A stretch of DNA of 64,000 bases from Synechococcus sp. (lineage in GTDB: Bacteria; Cyanobacteriota; Cyanobacteriia; PCC-6307; Cyanobiaceae). Of the stretch, positions 33,393 through 45,100 are shown piece after piece (within the stretch, counting starts at the first letter, position 1; each line of letters starts with the position of its first letter). The notes beneath the pieces were generated by a model that did no database searches, was not told the origin of the DNA, and worked only from the letters and a program-made list of their open reading frames with translations. The stretch is taken from the NCBI GenBank assembly GCA_047285305.1, contig JBJBDL010000003.1, forward strand, positions 1,344,001-1,408,000, read 5' to 3'. The translations under genes and the position numbers were made by a program.

Positions 33393-33656
33393 TCAGGACG
33401 CGTTGGCTTCCCCCTCAACTGGGTTGAGCTGGATGTGATTCAGCAGCGTTGTCACAAAGGCGAAGAGCAGAAACGGAAGGCTGAGCACCAAAATCAGCCC
33501 CACTCCCACCAGCGCAAACACCGGTCGCGACGAGCCCATCAGGGCAAGCCCCGCGGCCAGGCTCACAAAAATGACGGCCATCCAGGCCAACACCTGTCCG
33601 TAGATATCGCCAAAGGTGAGCGTGCAGCGCACCGCGAAGGGGGATCCGCTGGTCAT
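33393..33656 (-). CDS. hypothetical two-TM membrane protein
   Basis: 87 aa with two hydrophobic helices. Confidence 0.8.
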   Translation of the reverse strand: MTSGSPFAVRCTLTFGDIYGQVLAWMAVIFVSLAAGLALMGSSRPVFALVGVGLILVLSLPFLLFAFVTTLLNHIQLNPVEGEANAS

Positions 33657-33723
33657 AGGAAAAGAGTTGCCTTCACAGCTAAGCCACGAACGTTCGTGTT
33701 GTCAGAAACCGCCCGGAGATTCT

Positions 33724-35487
33724 TCAGGAAGCCAACGCATCCAGTTGTTGGGTCGCCTGCTGACGCTCCCAAAGCCGTTTGTACACACCCGGGTGCTGAA
33801 TCAAGGCGTGGTGGTGTCCCTGTTGAACGATTCGTCCGTTCTCCATCACCAGGATGCGATCACAGGCCGCTGCGGCTGAAAGTTGATGGCTGATCATCAG
33901 GATGGTCCGGTCATCCTGAGCTCGGATCGAATCCAAAATCGCTGCGGCGGTGTTGTTGTCAACACTGGCCAAGGCGTCGTCGAGGACTAATACCGGCGCC
34001 GATATCAGCAGAGCCCGGCCCAGGGCTGTGCGTTGACGCTGACCACCACTCAACGTGATGCCGCGTTCGCCAACGATGGTTCCGAAACCATCGGGGAAGC
34101 CCTTCACGTCATCAGCCAGGCGGGCTTGCTCTGCCGCCAGTTCAACCCGCTGATCACTTGCGTCAGGGTCGCCATAGCGCAGGTTGTCCGCCAGGGTGCT
34201 GGTGAACAGAAAGCCTTCCTGGGGAACGATCGCCACGTCACGGCGCAACCTCTTCAGGGGCATCTGGGTGACATCAACGCCATCCAGGAACAGCTGTCCC
34301 GGTTCCAGTGGAACCATCCGACCGAAGGCCCGAGCCAGGGTGGTCTTGCCGCAGCCCACGGCCCCTACAACAGCCACCAACTCCCCTGGCTCGATGCAGA
34401 AGCTCAGGCCATTGAGGGTGTTTTGCTCAGCACCCTGGTACTGGACCGTCAGGCCGCGAGCTTCAAAATGCCCCCGACGTTCGGTCGTTGGCTGGGGCTG
34501 AACATCAGAGGGATCAGGGTCTTTGATCTTTGGTTCCCGTTTCAGTAACTCCTCTACCCGCTCGAGGCTCACCTGGCCGGTCTGGAAGGTGTTGAGCGTG
34601 AATCCCAGCAGTGCCGTTGGGAAGACGAGCTGCTCCACATAAAGGATCAGGGCCACCAGTCCTCCAATGCTCAGACGACCGGCTTCGAGCTGGCCGCTGC
34701 CGATGGCCAGCAGCAAAAGAACCGAGAGGGAGGAAATGCCCTGAAGCAGCGGAAACAGGGTGCTTTGTGTTCTCGCCAGCTGAATGGCACTGTCGCGGTA
34801 GCGGCGGTTGCGTGTGGCAAAGGCCTGCTTTTCTGCTCCCTCCTGGCCGTAGATCTTGATGGCCCCGATTCCCGAGAGATCCTCCTGAATCAGGTTGCTG
34901 AGGGCGGAGAGTTCTTCCTGCTGCGCACGCTTCTGACGCATCATGCGCCCACCGAACAGGCGCACTGTGCTGAGCATCACGGGGTAGAGCCCGACGGCGG
35001 CCAGGGTCAGCCACGGATCGATGGCCAACATCGCGGGCAGCGTCAGTGCATAGGCCAGCAGCGTGTTGGTCAGGCTGAGAATCGCGAATCCCAGCAGGCG
35101 CCGGATGTTTTCCACATCGCTGGTGGCGCGACTGATCACTTCACCGCTGCCCTTGCTTTGAATCCAATCGGGTTCCTGGCGGAGCATGTGCTCGAACAGG
35201 CGCTGACGCAGATCAACTTCCACCTGCCGACCCACGCCGAAGATGAGTTGTCGCGAGGTCAGCCGGATCACTCCCATGGTGCTGGCGAGCAGCACAACCC
35301 ATCCCGCCTGGCGCAGGACTCCGGCGTAACTGAATCCCTCCTGCAGCTCGTCCACAACGCTGCGCACTTCCATCGGGATCGTGACCCGCAGAACGTTGAC
35401 CACCACCAAGGCGATGGCTCCCAGCAGCACCGTGCGGCGGTGGGGACGCAGATAGCGGCCTATCAGATCGAGACGAAGGGCGGCCAT
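33724..35487 (-). CDS. ABC exporter, fused permease/ATP-binding (MsbA/MdlA-like)
   Basis: TM domain, GAVGCGKT, LSGGQRQR and LDDALASVD. Confidence 0.93.
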   Translation of the reverse strand: MAALRLDLIGRYLRPHRRTVLLGAIALVVVNVLRVTIPMEVRSVVDELQEGFSYAGVLRQAGWVVLLASTMGVIRLTSRQLIFGVGRQVEVDLRQRLFEHMLRQEPDWIQSKGSGEVISRATSDVENIRRLLGFAILSLTNTLLAYALTLPAMLAIDPWLTLAAVGLYPVMLSTVRLFGGRMMRQKRAQQEELSALSNLIQEDLSGIGAIKIYGQEGAEKQAFATRNRRYRDSAIQLARTQSTLFPLLQGISSLSVLLLLAIGSGQLEAGRLSIGGLVALILYVEQLVFPTALLGFTLNTFQTGQVSLERVEELLKREPKIKDPDPSDVQPQPTTERRGHFEARGLTVQYQGAEQNTLNGLSFCIEPGELVAVVGAVGCGKTTLARAFGRMVPLEPGQLFLDGVDVTQMPLKRLRRDVAIVPQEGFLFTSTLADNLRYGDPDASDQRVELAAEQARLADDVKGFPDGFGTIVGERGITLSGGQRQRTALGRALLISAPVLVLDDALASVDNNTAAAILDSIRAQDDRTILMISHQLSAAAACDRILVMENGRIVQQGHHHALIQHPGVYKRLWERQQATQQLDALAS

Positions 35488-35591
35488 GCGAGCTCGTGGG
35501 TCCCGTTGGCAGGCCAACCTAGGCATCCGGCTTGAACGGCTGGTCGTTCTCCGTTGATCTGGGAGATAGTGGGTCTGTCCCCATCACCCGG

Positions 35592-35619
35592 CCCGGTGTG
35601 CCTCGCACCCGGGTTTTTT
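35592..35619 (+). terminator. terminator-like hairpin in the trpD leader
   Basis: CCCGG-T-GTGC-CTC-GCAC-CCGGG then T6, ending 18 nt before the trpD ATG. Confidence 0.55.
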
Positions 35620-35637
35620 ACTGCCAGCTTCCCTGCC

Positions 35638-36684
35638 ATGTCTTCAGACCCGCGTTCCTGGTCCGGTTGCTTGGACCATCTGCTTCAGGGCAACAACCTC
35701 AGCTCCGACGAGGCCACTGCCCTGATGCGTGCCTGGCTGGCTGAAGAGCTCGAGCCAGTGCAGACCGGGGCGTTCCTGGCTGGACTAAGGGCCAAGGGGA
35801 TGGTGGCCGATGAGCTGGCGGCCATGGCGGCTGTCTTGCGCGAGGCCTGCCCCCTTCCCTGCGCCCGGCCTGATCTGGCCATGGTCGACACCTGCGGCAC
35901 CGGTGGTGATGGTGCCGACACCTTCAACATCTCCACGGCGGTCGCCTTCACCGCCGCGGCCTGCGGGGTCAATGTGGCCAAGCACGGCAACCGAAGCGCC
36001 AGCGGCAAAGTGGGTTCAGCTGATGTGCTCGAGGGGCTCGGCCTCAATCTCAAGGCATCTTTGAACAAGGTGGTCGACGCTTTGCCGGGAACAGGTGTCA
36101 CCTTTCTGTTCGCTCCCGCCTGGCATCCAGCTCTTGTAAATCTGGCGCCGCTGCGACGAGCCCTGGGGGTCCGCACGGTGTTCAACCTGTTGGGCCCGCT
36201 GGTCAATCCGCTGCAGCCCCAGGCGCAGGTTCTTGGCGTGGCGCGTCCGGAACTTCTCGACCCCATGGCGGGCGCTCTGCAGCACTTGGGCTTGAGCCGT
36301 GCCGTGGTGGTTCACGGCGCTGGAGGCCTCGATGAGGCGTCCTTGGCGGGTCCCAATGCCTTGCGTCTGATCGAATCCGGGGGCGTCACCACAAAGGAGG
36401 TCTCACCTGAAGATCTGGGCCTGACCCGTGCTGGTCTCGATTTGCTGCGTGGTGGTGACTGCGCGGTAAATCAGCGGATCCTTCAGAACGTTCTGCAGGG
36501 GCAGGGATCGCTGGCGCAGACGGAGGTTGTGGCCTTCAACACAGCACTGGTGCTTTGGGCTGCCGGTCTGCAAAGCGATCTGCCGGCTGCTGTTGCTCAG
36601 GCTCTGGCTGTTCTCAACGAGGGCAAGGCCTGGGACAAGCTTGTGGCTCTGCGGGATGCCCTGTCCGACGGAGATGGAGAATGA
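35638..36684 (+). CDS. trpD: anthranilate phosphoribosyltransferase
   Basis: [21 protein letters not shown] and GLDE. Confidence 0.96.
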   Translation: MSSDPRSWSGCLDHLLQGNNLSSDEATALMRAWLAEELEPVQTGAFLAGLRAKGMVADELAAMAAVLREACPLPCARPDLAMVDTCGTGGDGADTFNISTAVAFTAAACGVNVAKHGNRSASGKVGSADVLEGLGLNLKASLNKVVDALPGTGVTFLFAPAWHPALVNLAPLRRALGVRTVFNLLGPLVNPLQPQAQVLGVARPELLDPMAGALQHLGLSRAVVVHGAGGLDEASLAGPNALRLIESGGVTTKEVSPEDLGLTRAGLDLLRGGDCAVNQRILQNVLQGQGSLAQTEVVAFNTALVLWAAGLQSDLPAAVAQALAVLNEGKAWDKLVALRDALSDGDGE

Positions 36685-36712
36685 GTGACTGATGACCTGC
36701 GGCGGCCCTTCG

Positions 36713-37852
36713 ATGCCCGATTCCCCATCAGACAAGGCTTATCTCGTCCTTGCCGATGGCACGGTTCTCACCGGTGTCGGCTTCGGCCATCGCGGCACCA
36801 CCATCGGCGAGGTGGTGTTTAACACCGGCATGACCGGTTACCAGGAGGTGCTGACAGACCCCTCCTACGCCGGGCAGCTGGTGAGCTTCACCTATCCCGA
36901 ACTCGGCAACACCGGGGTGAATGCTGACGATCAAGAAGCTGATCGCCCTCATGCCCGTGGCGTGATTGCCCGCCAGCTGGCCCCAGTTCCCAGCAACTGG
37001 CGCTGTGAACAGTCTCTTGAGAGCTGGATGCAGACCCATCAACTGGTGGGCATCAGCGGTTTGGACACCCGCGCCCTGGTGCGTCACCTGCGTGAGGTGG
37101 GGGCCATGAATGGCGTGATCAGCAGTGACGGCCAGACCCCGGCGCAGTTGCTTGAGCTCCTGAAGCAGGCACCGTCGATGCAGGGGTTGAACCTGGCGGA
37201 CCGCGTCACCACCCGTGAGCCTTACCAGTGGAATCAGGCCTGCAGTGTTGGCTTCGATCAGCGTTTGCAGCGCCGCAGCGACGCGCCCTTCCGCGTTGTC
37301 GCCATCGATTTCGGCATCAAGCGCGCCATCCTCGATCGATTGGTCGCCCATGGCTGTGATGTCACGGTTCTGCCGGCAGACACGGATCTGGATACGGTTC
37401 GTTCCCATTGCCCGAATGGCGTCTTCCTGTCCAACGGCCCTGGCGACCCGGCAGCGGTGACCCATGGGATTGCCCTGGCCAAGCTGTTGCTGGAGGAATC
37501 CGATCTACCCCTGTTCGGCATCTGCCTGGGCCATCAGATCCTTGGTCTGGCCCTGGGCGGAGAGACGTTCAAGCTGTCCTATGGCCACCGTGGCTTGAAC
37601 CATCCTTGTGGCACCACAGGCCAGGTTGAAATCACCAGTCAGAACCACGGCTTTGCCCTCTCCGCTGATTCTCTCGACTCAGACGTCATCGACGTCACCC
37701 ATTTCAATCTGAACGACCGCACCGTGGCAGCGATCGCCCACCGTCAGAAGCCGGTGTTCGGGGTGCAGTACCACCCAGAAGCGAGTCCGGGCCCCCATGA
37801 CGCCGACCATCATTTCGCCCGCTTTGTGACGCTGATGGCCGATCGCCGTTGA
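36713..37852 (+). CDS. carA: carbamoyl-phosphate synthase small subunit
   Basis: [28 protein letters not shown] and [10 protein letters not shown]. Confidence 0.97.
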   Translation: MPDSPSDKAYLVLADGTVLTGVGFGHRGTTIGEVVFNTGMTGYQEVLTDPSYAGQLVSFTYPELGNTGVNADDQEADRPHARGVIARQLAPVPSNWRCEQSLESWMQTHQLVGISGLDTRALVRHLREVGAMNGVISSDGQTPAQLLELLKQAPSMQGLNLADRVTTREPYQWNQACSVGFDQRLQRRSDAPFRVVAIDFGIKRAILDRLVAHGCDVTVLPADTDLDTVRSHCPNGVFLSNGPGDPAAVTHGIALAKLLLEESDLPLFGICLGHQILGLALGGETFKLSYGHRGLNHPCGTTGQVEITSQNHGFALSADSLDSDVIDVTHFNLNDRTVAAIAHRQKPVFGVQYHPEASPGPHDADHHFARFVTLMADRR

Positions 37853-37888
37853 TGAGGTGGTAGCCAACGCACGGCATCACTACACTTC

Positions 37889-38284
37889 GTGCCGATGATG
37901 CCTGGGGGGCTTGATCCCATCAGCGAACTGCAGCGACTGACCGTCTCACTCCGGGGCGGATTCGAACAGAAAGATGGCTGTTTGGTGTTTCATTTCACCG
38001 GTCAGCTGGATGCCTACTCCGAGAAGCAGTTCACGGAGTACGTGGGCGATGTTTTGAAGGCCAACAAACTTCCTTCTGTTCTCGATCTCAGCAAGATCGA
38101 TTTTCTTGATTCATCCGGGCTTGGGGCGCTGGTGCAGCTTGCCAAGCAATGCACGGACGCCAAACGGTCGTTTCTTTTGGTGGGTAACACCAGGGTGACG
38201 CAGACGATCAAGTTGGTGCGTCTTGAGGAGTTTCTTCATCTGGTGGAGGATCTGCCCACAGCCCTCAACCAGTTGGCCGCTTGA
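37889..38284 (+). CDS. STAS-domain anti-sigma factor antagonist
   Basis: GQLD...DLSKIDFLDSSGLGAL; start approximate. Confidence 0.9.
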   Translation: MPMMPGGLDPISELQRLTVSLRGGFEQKDGCLVFHFTGQLDAYSEKQFTEYVGDVLKANKLPSVLDLSKIDFLDSSGLGALVQLAKQCTDAKRSFLLVGNTRVTQTIKLVRLEEFLHLVEDLPTALNQLAA

Positions 38285-38691
38285 GCGATTGGATTCGAAG
38301 CCAGTCTCCCAGGGAGATCAACGAACAGCTGGGTCCACTGCAACTGGCTTGGATTGGTGATGCCGTTTGGGAGCTGCATCAACGGCTCCGCCATGGGTCG
38401 AGGCCAGGACGTTCTGACGACCTGCATCGGGCTGTCGTAGCAGATGTTCGTGCTGACGCCCAGTCCCGCTTTTTGAGCTGGCTCGAAGACCGTGAGTTCC
38501 TCTGTTCAGAGGAACTCGATCTGGTGCGGCGTGGCCGTAACAGTGCCGGGCGGGGTCCACGGCGCGCAGACGCTGCGGTTTATGGAAGGGCCACAGGATT
38601 TGAGACAATGGTGGGCTGGCTGTTTCTCAACAATCCAGCCCGGCTTGCAGAGCTCTTCGATCACTTGGAGCAAGCCGGATCCAACCCATAA
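38281..38691 (+). CDS. mrnC: Mini-ribonuclease III
   Basis: LAWIGDAVWEL, RRGRN and ATGFETMVGWL. Confidence 0.88.
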   Translation: MSDWIRSQSPREINEQLGPLQLAWIGDAVWELHQRLRHGSRPGRSDDLHRAVVADVRADAQSRFLSWLEDREFLCSEELDLVRRGRNSAGRGPRRADAAVYGRATGFETMVGWLFLNNPARLAELFDHLEQAGSNP

Positions 38692-38707
38692 CGTTGCCTC
38701 GCACACC

Positions 38708-40270
38708 ATGAGCCCTCGCTTTGAACGCCGCTCCAGCGGCCCATCCCGCGATGGCCGTTCGGGGCCAGGGGGAGGTGGGGGCGGTCGACCACCAGGAGGA
38801 AGGCCGTCGAGTGGACGGGCATCCGCTGGCCGCTCCTCGATGGGGCGATCAGATAGCGGTCGCCCCATGCCCAGTAACCGTCGTTTCGATGGTGGTCGTT
38901 CCCCCTATGCCAAACCTGGGCGTGATGCCGGTAGTTATCGCGAACGACGCGCTCCACGGGATGGAGAGTGGGACCAGTCACGAGGTGGTGACCGGCCCAG
39001 TAACCGCTTTGGTGAGCGTTCCGGTGATCGACCGGGCTATCGGTTCAAGGAGCGGTCCGGGGAGCGTTTCGGTGATCGCCCGAAAGAGCGGTTCGGCAAT
39101 CGTTCCCGTTCCTTCGACCGAGATCAGAACGCTCCCCGCTCGGGCTCTCAAAACGAACGCTCAGGGCCTGGACGTTTTCGCGATCGCAACGATCGGTACG
39201 GCGACCGCCGTCGCTCCGGGGATGAGCGGCGCCAACCGTCCCAGCGCTCCAGATCCCGCTTTGACGAGGCTCGTCCTCAGCGGCCGGATGCAGCACCGGA
39301 GGCTGCAGCGGCCACCCCGCCAGCGGACGATCTGATCTGGGGGCGTCATGCCACCCAGGCCGCGTTGGAGGCCGGACGCCCCATCCATCGCATCTGGTGC
39401 ACTGCGGAGATGCGCAGTGCCTCCAAATTCCTTCAGCTCCTGCGCGATGCCAAGGCTTCGGGCGTTCTCGTGGAAGAGGTGACCTGGGCCCGGTTGGGAC
39501 AGATCACAGGTGGGTCCGTTCACCAGGGCATCGCCCTGCAGACGGCGGCGGCGGAAACCCTTGATCTCGACAGCCTCATCGAGGGCTGCTCGGATCTGGG
39601 GGAGCCCCCCTTGTTGGTGGCCTTGGACGGTGTCACCGATCCCCACAACCTCGGGGCGGTTGTTCGCTCCGCTGAGGCCATGGGAGCCCATGGTGTGGTG
39701 ATCCCCCAGCGCCGCAGTGCTGGCTTGACCGGTTCCGCCGCCAAGGTGGCCGCCGGAGCCCTGGAACACCTTCCGGTGGCACGCGTGGTCAACCTCAATC
39801 GGTCCCTGGAAAAGCTCAAAGACGCCGGCTACAGGGTGGTGGGCCTTGCCGCTGAAGGGGACGTGACCCTCACCGATGTCGACCTCAGTGGGCCGATGGT
39901 GCTGGTCACCGGATCCGAGGACCAGGGCCTGTCGCTGATGACCCGGCGCCATTGCGACCAGTTGGTTCGCATCCCGCTGCGGGGCATTACACCGAGCCTC
40001 AATGCCTCCGTTGCCACAGCCCTTTGCGTCTATGAAGTGGCTCGGCGCAACTGGATGAAGGACATTCACGGCCAAGCACCGTCGCCGCCGATTCGGAGGC
40101 CCAAACTTGTGGGTGCTGAATCGCCTGTTGTGGCTGAACAGCCTGCCTCTCCCGAACAGCCTGAAGCTCCTGTGGAGAAGGCCCCGGAACAGCGGATTGA
40201 CCTGGATCTGAATCCATCGCAGTCGGATGCTGGCTTGCCGTTCGATCAGAACATCCAGCTATCTACCTGA
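38708..40270 (+). CDS. rlmB: 23S rRNA Gm2251 2'-O-methyltransferase with long low-complexity N-terminus
   Basis: IWGRH, HQG, LDGVTDPHNLGA..RSAE, GSEDQG and SLNASVA. Confidence 0.92.
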   Translation: MSPRFERRSSGPSRDGRSGPGGGGGGRPPGGRPSSGRASAGRSSMGRSDSGRPMPSNRRFDGGRSPYAKPGRDAGSYRERRAPRDGEWDQSRGGDRPSNRFGERSGDRPGYRFKERSGERFGDRPKERFGNRSRSFDRDQNAPRSGSQNERSGPGRFRDRNDRYGDRRRSGDERRQPSQRSRSRFDEARPQRPDAAPEAAAATPPADDLIWGRHATQAALEAGRPIHRIWCTAEMRSASKFLQLLRDAKASGVLVEEVTWARLGQITGGSVHQGIALQTAAAETLDLDSLIEGCSDLGEPPLLVALDGVTDPHNLGAVVRSAEAMGAHGVVIPQRRSAGLTGSAAKVAAGALEHLPVARVVNLNRSLEKLKDAGYRVVGLAAEGDVTLTDVDLSGPMVLVTGSEDQGLSLMTRRHCDQLVRIPLRGITPSLNASVATALCVYEVARRNWMKDIHGQAPSPPIRRPKLVGAESPVVAEQPASPEQPEAPVEKAPEQRIDLDLNPSQSDAGLPFDQNIQLST

Positions 40271-40327
40271 GAACAGCGCGGTTTTCAAAGATCTCGGGGC
40301 ACAATGCCTTGAGGTCCTGTTCCTCCC

Positions 40328-40573
40328 ATGAGTCCGCTGATTCGGCCGCTGCGCAGCCTTGCCAATGGCTTTGGAGTCGCTTGGTGGGCTCGCGTTCAGA
40401 CGTCAGGCCCTGATGTGACCTACTGGTTCGGTCCTTTTATCACCCGCAAGGGGCTGGAGAGCGAGCTCAGTTCCTTCCTGGACGACGTCAAGTCGGAGCA
40501 ACCCCAGTCGATCAGCCATTCCCTGCTGCAGACCAGGCGCTCCGAGCCCCTCACCATCTCGGCTGAGGGCTGA
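40328..40573 (+). CDS. DUF1816-family protein
   Basis: AWWA.V.T..P..TYWFGPF...R.EPLTI. Confidence 0.85.
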   Translation: MSPLIRPLRSLANGFGVAWWARVQTSGPDVTYWFGPFITRKGLESELSSFLDDVKSEQPQSISHSLLQTRRSEPLTISAEG

Positions 40574-40601
40574 TCCTGCGGCTGATAGCGTCCTTGCTGC
40601 A

Positions 40602-42077
40602 ATGGATCGCAGGGACATGACGATCAGCGCGTGGCGTCAGCAACTGCAGAGCGGCGAGGTTTCCTCCCGCGAGCTCGTTGATCAGCACCTCAAGCGGCTC
40701 GAAAGTTCTGAGACTTCGCTGAACGCTTTTGTTGAAGTCACGGCCGATCAGGCCCGTGCAGAGGCGTCCCGTATCGATGAAGCCCGGGCCGCAGGAGAGA
40801 CGCTTGGCCCTCTGGCGGGATTGCCGCTGGCGATCAAGGACAACCTCTGCACCAAAGGTGTTCGCACCACCTGTTCCAGCCGAATGCTCGAGCAATTCGT
40901 GCCGCCTTACGAATCCACCGTCACCGACAGGCTCTGGCAGGCCGGTGGTGTGTTGGTGGGCAAGACAAATCTGGATGAGTTCGCCATGGGTGGCTCTACC
41001 GAAACGTCCGCGTTCGGTGCCACACAGAACCCCTGGAACACCGCCCATGTGCCGGGTGGAAGCTCCGGTGGCAGTGCAGCGGCCGTAGCCGCCGGCAGTT
41101 GCGTCGCTTCGCTTGGTTCCGACACCGGTGGCTCTATCCGCCAACCGGCGTCGTTCTGTGGTGTGGTGGGCCTCAAGCCCACCTACGGCCGCGTTAGCCG
41201 TTGGGGCCTGGTGGCTTTCGCCAGCTCCCTGGATCAGGTGGGTCCCTTCGCTGGGAGCGTTGCTGATGTGGCCGAACTGCTCCAGGTGATCGCCGGGCCC
41301 GACCCCCGCGATTCCACCTGCCTTGATGCAGCGGTTCCCGATTTCAGTGCTGGCCTCAACCAGTCCATCAAGGGGCTCAAGGTGGGGGTGATCCAGGAGT
41401 GCTTCGATGCCGAAGGCCTCGATCCTGAGGTGAAGGCATCGGTGCAGGCCTCTGCTGCCCAGCTGGAGGCTCTTGGCGCTGAACTGGTGGAGGTGAGCTG
41501 CCCCCGGTTTAACGACGGCATCGCCACCTACTACGTGATCGCACCATCGGAGGCGTCGGCCAACCTGGCGCGATACGACGGTGTCAAATATGGCTTCCGT
41601 GCCGAAGACGCCGAGAGCCTTGCCGCGATGACGGCGCGAAGCCGTGCTGAAGGATTTGGCGCTGAGGTGCAACGGCGAATCCTGATCGGTACCTACGCTC
41701 TGTCCGCCGGATACGTCGATGCCTATTACAAAAAGGCGCAGCAGGTGCGCACCCTGATCCGGCGGGACTTTGATGTGGCCTTCCAGAGTGTGGATGTGCT
41801 GCTTACGCCAACAGCGCCGTCCACGGCCTTCAAGGCTGGCGCCCACGCCGATGACCCTCTGGCGATGTATTTGGCTGACCTGCTGACGATTCCGGTCAAC
41901 CTGGCTGGACTCCCGGCTATCAGTGTTCCCTGTGGATTCAGCGCGGAGGGTCTGCCGATTGGGATGCAATTGATCGGCAATGTGTTGGATGAACCGCGTC
42001 TGCTTCAGGTGGCTCACCAGTACGAGCAGGCTGCGCAGGTGTTTGAGTCACGACCGGAAGCCCCGCTGGTTCCCTGA
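40602..42077 (+). CDS. gatA: Asp/Glu-tRNA amidotransferase subunit A
   Basis: Amidase signature [38 protein letters not shown]. Confidence 0.97.
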   Translation: MDRRDMTISAWRQQLQSGEVSSRELVDQHLKRLESSETSLNAFVEVTADQARAEASRIDEARAAGETLGPLAGLPLAIKDNLCTKGVRTTCSSRMLEQFVPPYESTVTDRLWQAGGVLVGKTNLDEFAMGGSTETSAFGATQNPWNTAHVPGGSSGGSAAAVAAGSCVASLGSDTGGSIRQPASFCGVVGLKPTYGRVSRWGLVAFASSLDQVGPFAGSVADVAELLQVIAGPDPRDSTCLDAAVPDFSAGLNQSIKGLKVGVIQECFDAEGLDPEVKASVQASAAQLEALGAELVEVSCPRFNDGIATYYVIAPSEASANLARYDGVKYGFRAEDAESLAAMTARSRAEGFGAEVQRRILIGTYALSAGYVDAYYKKAQQVRTLIRRDFDVAFQSVDVLLTPTAPSTAFKAGAHADDPLAMYLADLLTIPVNLAGLPAISVPCGFSAEGLPIGMQLIGNVLDEPRLLQVAHQYEQAAQVFESRPEAPLVP

Positions 42078-42146
42078 TTTGCGCCACATGTGGGGGTTGT
42101 GTTTCCCTTGAACGCTGGATCTTGCGTCGGGTCCTAGTCTGACCCC

Positions 42147-45100
42147 ATGGCTTTCGTCCCTCTCCACAACCACAGCGACTACAGCCTTCTGGACGGTGCG
42201 TCGCAGTTGCCAGCCATGGTGGAGCGGGCAAAGCGTCTGGGCATGCCTGCAATCGCCCTGACTGATCACGGCGTGATGTACGGCGCGATTGAGCTGCTGA
42301 AGCTCTGTCAGGGCACAGATCTCAAGCCGATCATCGGTAATGAGATGTATGTGATCAATGGGTCCATTGACGACCCACAACCCAAGAAAGAGAAGAGATA
42401 CCACCTGGTGGTGCTGGCGAAAAACGCCACTGGCTACCGCAATCTGGTGAAGCTCACCAGCATCAGCCACCTGCGGGGGATGCGGGGACGAGGGATCTTC
42501 TCCCGTGCATGCATCGACAAGGAACTGCTGAAGCAACACAGCGAAGGCTTGATCATCGCCACGGCTTGCCTCGGTGGTGAGATCGCCCAGGCGATTCTGC
42601 GTGGGCGCCCCGATGTGGCTCGCAAGGTGGCGGCTTGGTATCAGGAGGTTTTTGGTGACGATTATTACCTCGAGATCCAGGATCATGGATCCCCGGAAGA
42701 TCGGATCGTTAACGTTGAGATCGTCAAAATTGCCAAGGAACTCGGCATCCAGATCGTTGCCACCAACGATGCCCACTACCTGAGCAAGCAGGATGTTGAA
42801 GCCCACGATGCCTTGCTCTGCGTCCTCACCGGCAAGCTGATCACCGATGAGAAGCGACTGCGTTACACCGGCACCGAATACATCAAAACCGAAGAGGAGA
42901 TGGGCCTTCTCTTTAGGGATCACCTCGAGCCTGAGGTGGTACAGGAGGCGATCGCCAACACCGTCAAGGTGGCCGAGAAAGTGGAGCCCTACGACATTCT
43001 CGGGCGCTATCAAATGCCCCGCTTCCCCATTCCCGAGGGCCATACCCCCGTCAGCTATCTGAGGGAGGTGACCGAGCAGGGATTGCGGGATCGGCTCGAG
43101 CTCAGCCCTGAGGCCCCGTTGCCCGATGACTATGCCGAGCGCATGGCCCATGAGCTCAAGATCATGGAGCAGATGGGATTCCCCACCTACTTCCTGGTGG
43201 TCTGGGATTACATCCGTTTTGCCCGGGAACAGAACATTCCCGTCGGTCCGGGTCGTGGCTCCGCCGCAGGGTCGCTTGTCGCATACTGCCTGGGGATCAC
43301 CAACATTGATCCGATCACCAACTGCCTTCTATTCGAGCGCTTCCTCAATCCGGAACGCAAGTCGATGCCTGACATCGACACCGACTTCTGCATCGAGCGT
43401 CGTGGTGAGGTGATCGACTACGTCACCGAACGCTACGGCGAGGACAAGGTGGCGCAGATCATCACCTTCAACCGGATGACCTCCAAGGCGGTTTTGAAGG
43501 ATGTGGCTCGGGTGCTCGACATTCCCTACGGGGATGCCGACCGTCTGGCGAAGCTGATCCCGGTGGTTCGCGGCAAGCCCGCCAAGCTCAAGGCGATGAT
43601 TGGCGAGGAATCACCCAACCCCGAGTTCCGCGAGAAGTACGAGGCCGATCCAACGGTGAAGCGTTGGGTGGACATGGCAATGCGGATTGAAGGCACCAAC
43701 AAAACCTTCGGTGTTCACGCAGCTGGTGTGGTTATCGCTGCTGATCCCCTCGACGAACTGGTGCCGTTGCAGCGCAACAACGATGGTCAGGTGATCACGC
43801 AGTACTTCATGGAAGACGTGGAATCCATGGGTCTGTTGAAGATGGATTTCCTGGGGTTGAAGAACCTCACGATGATCGAAAAGACCCTCGAACTGGTGGA
43901 GGTGAGCAGTGGCATCCGTGTCGACCCCGACAAATTGCCGCCCCAGGATGAAGAGACCTTTGCCCTTCTGGCGAGAGGTGATCTGGAGGGGATCTTCCAG
44001 TTGGAATCCAGCGGAATGCGGCAGATCGTTCGTGATCTCAAGCCGTCATCCCTGGAAGACATCTCCTCGATCCTTGCCCTTTACAGACCGGGGCCTCTCG
44101 ATGCTGGCCTGATTCCCAAATTCATCAACCGCAAGCACGGCCGGGAGACGATCGACTTCGCCCACGCGATTCTTGAGCCGATCCTGTCCGAGACCTACGG
44201 GATCATGGTGTACCAGGAACAGATCATGCGGATCGCGCAGGATTTGGCCGGTTACTCCCTGGGTCAGGCCGATCTGCTCCGGCGGGCGATGGGCAAGAAA
44301 AAAGTGTCCGAGATGCAGAAGCACCGCGGCATCTTCGTTCAGGGTGCTGGAGAGCGCGGCGTTAATGAAAAGGTCGCCGACGAACTGTTCGATCAGATGG
44401 TTCTCTTCGCTGAATACTGCTTCAACAAGAGCCATTCCACGGCCTATGGCGCCGTCACGTATCAGACGGCTTACCTGAAAGCGCACTACCCGGTCGCTTA
44501 CATGGCGGCTCTGCTCACGGTGAACGCCGGAGCGACCGACAAAGTGCAGCGCTACATCTCCAATTGCAATGCGATGGGGATTGAGGTGATGCCCCCGGAT
44601 GTGAATGCCTCGCTCACCGATTTCACCCCCAACGGCGATCGGATCCTGTTCGGCCTCTCCGCCGTTCGCAACCTTGGTGATGGTGCGATCCGTCAATTGA
44701 TCGCTGCCCGCGATAGCGATGGGCCTTTCCGTTCCCTGGCGGACCTCTGTGACCGGATCCCGTCCTCGGTGCTCAATCGCCGTGGTCTGGAGTCGTTGGT
44801 TCACTGCGGTGCCCTGGATGCCATGGATCCGCAGGCCAACCGTGCTCAGTTGATGGCTGATCTTGATCTGCTGCTCGACTGGGCCTCCTCACGGGCCAAA
44901 GATCGAGACAGCGGCCAGGGCAACCTCTTTGATCTGATGGCTCCTGCCGCCGATGGCGATGGGCCGGCGGATCTCAGCCATGCACCCAAGGCGGCGCCGG
45001 TGCCGGACTATCCCCCAACCGAAAAGCTTCGTCTCGAAAAAGATCTGGTGGGCTTTTACCTCTCCGATCACCCGCTCAAACAGCTCACACCTTCGTCGAA

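Noticed and set aside
38990..39120. Short repeats that might be a CRISPR or tandem-repeat array
   Set aside because: They are degenerate in-frame coding repeats of the RlmB extension; there are no constant repeats with unique spacers and no cas genes.
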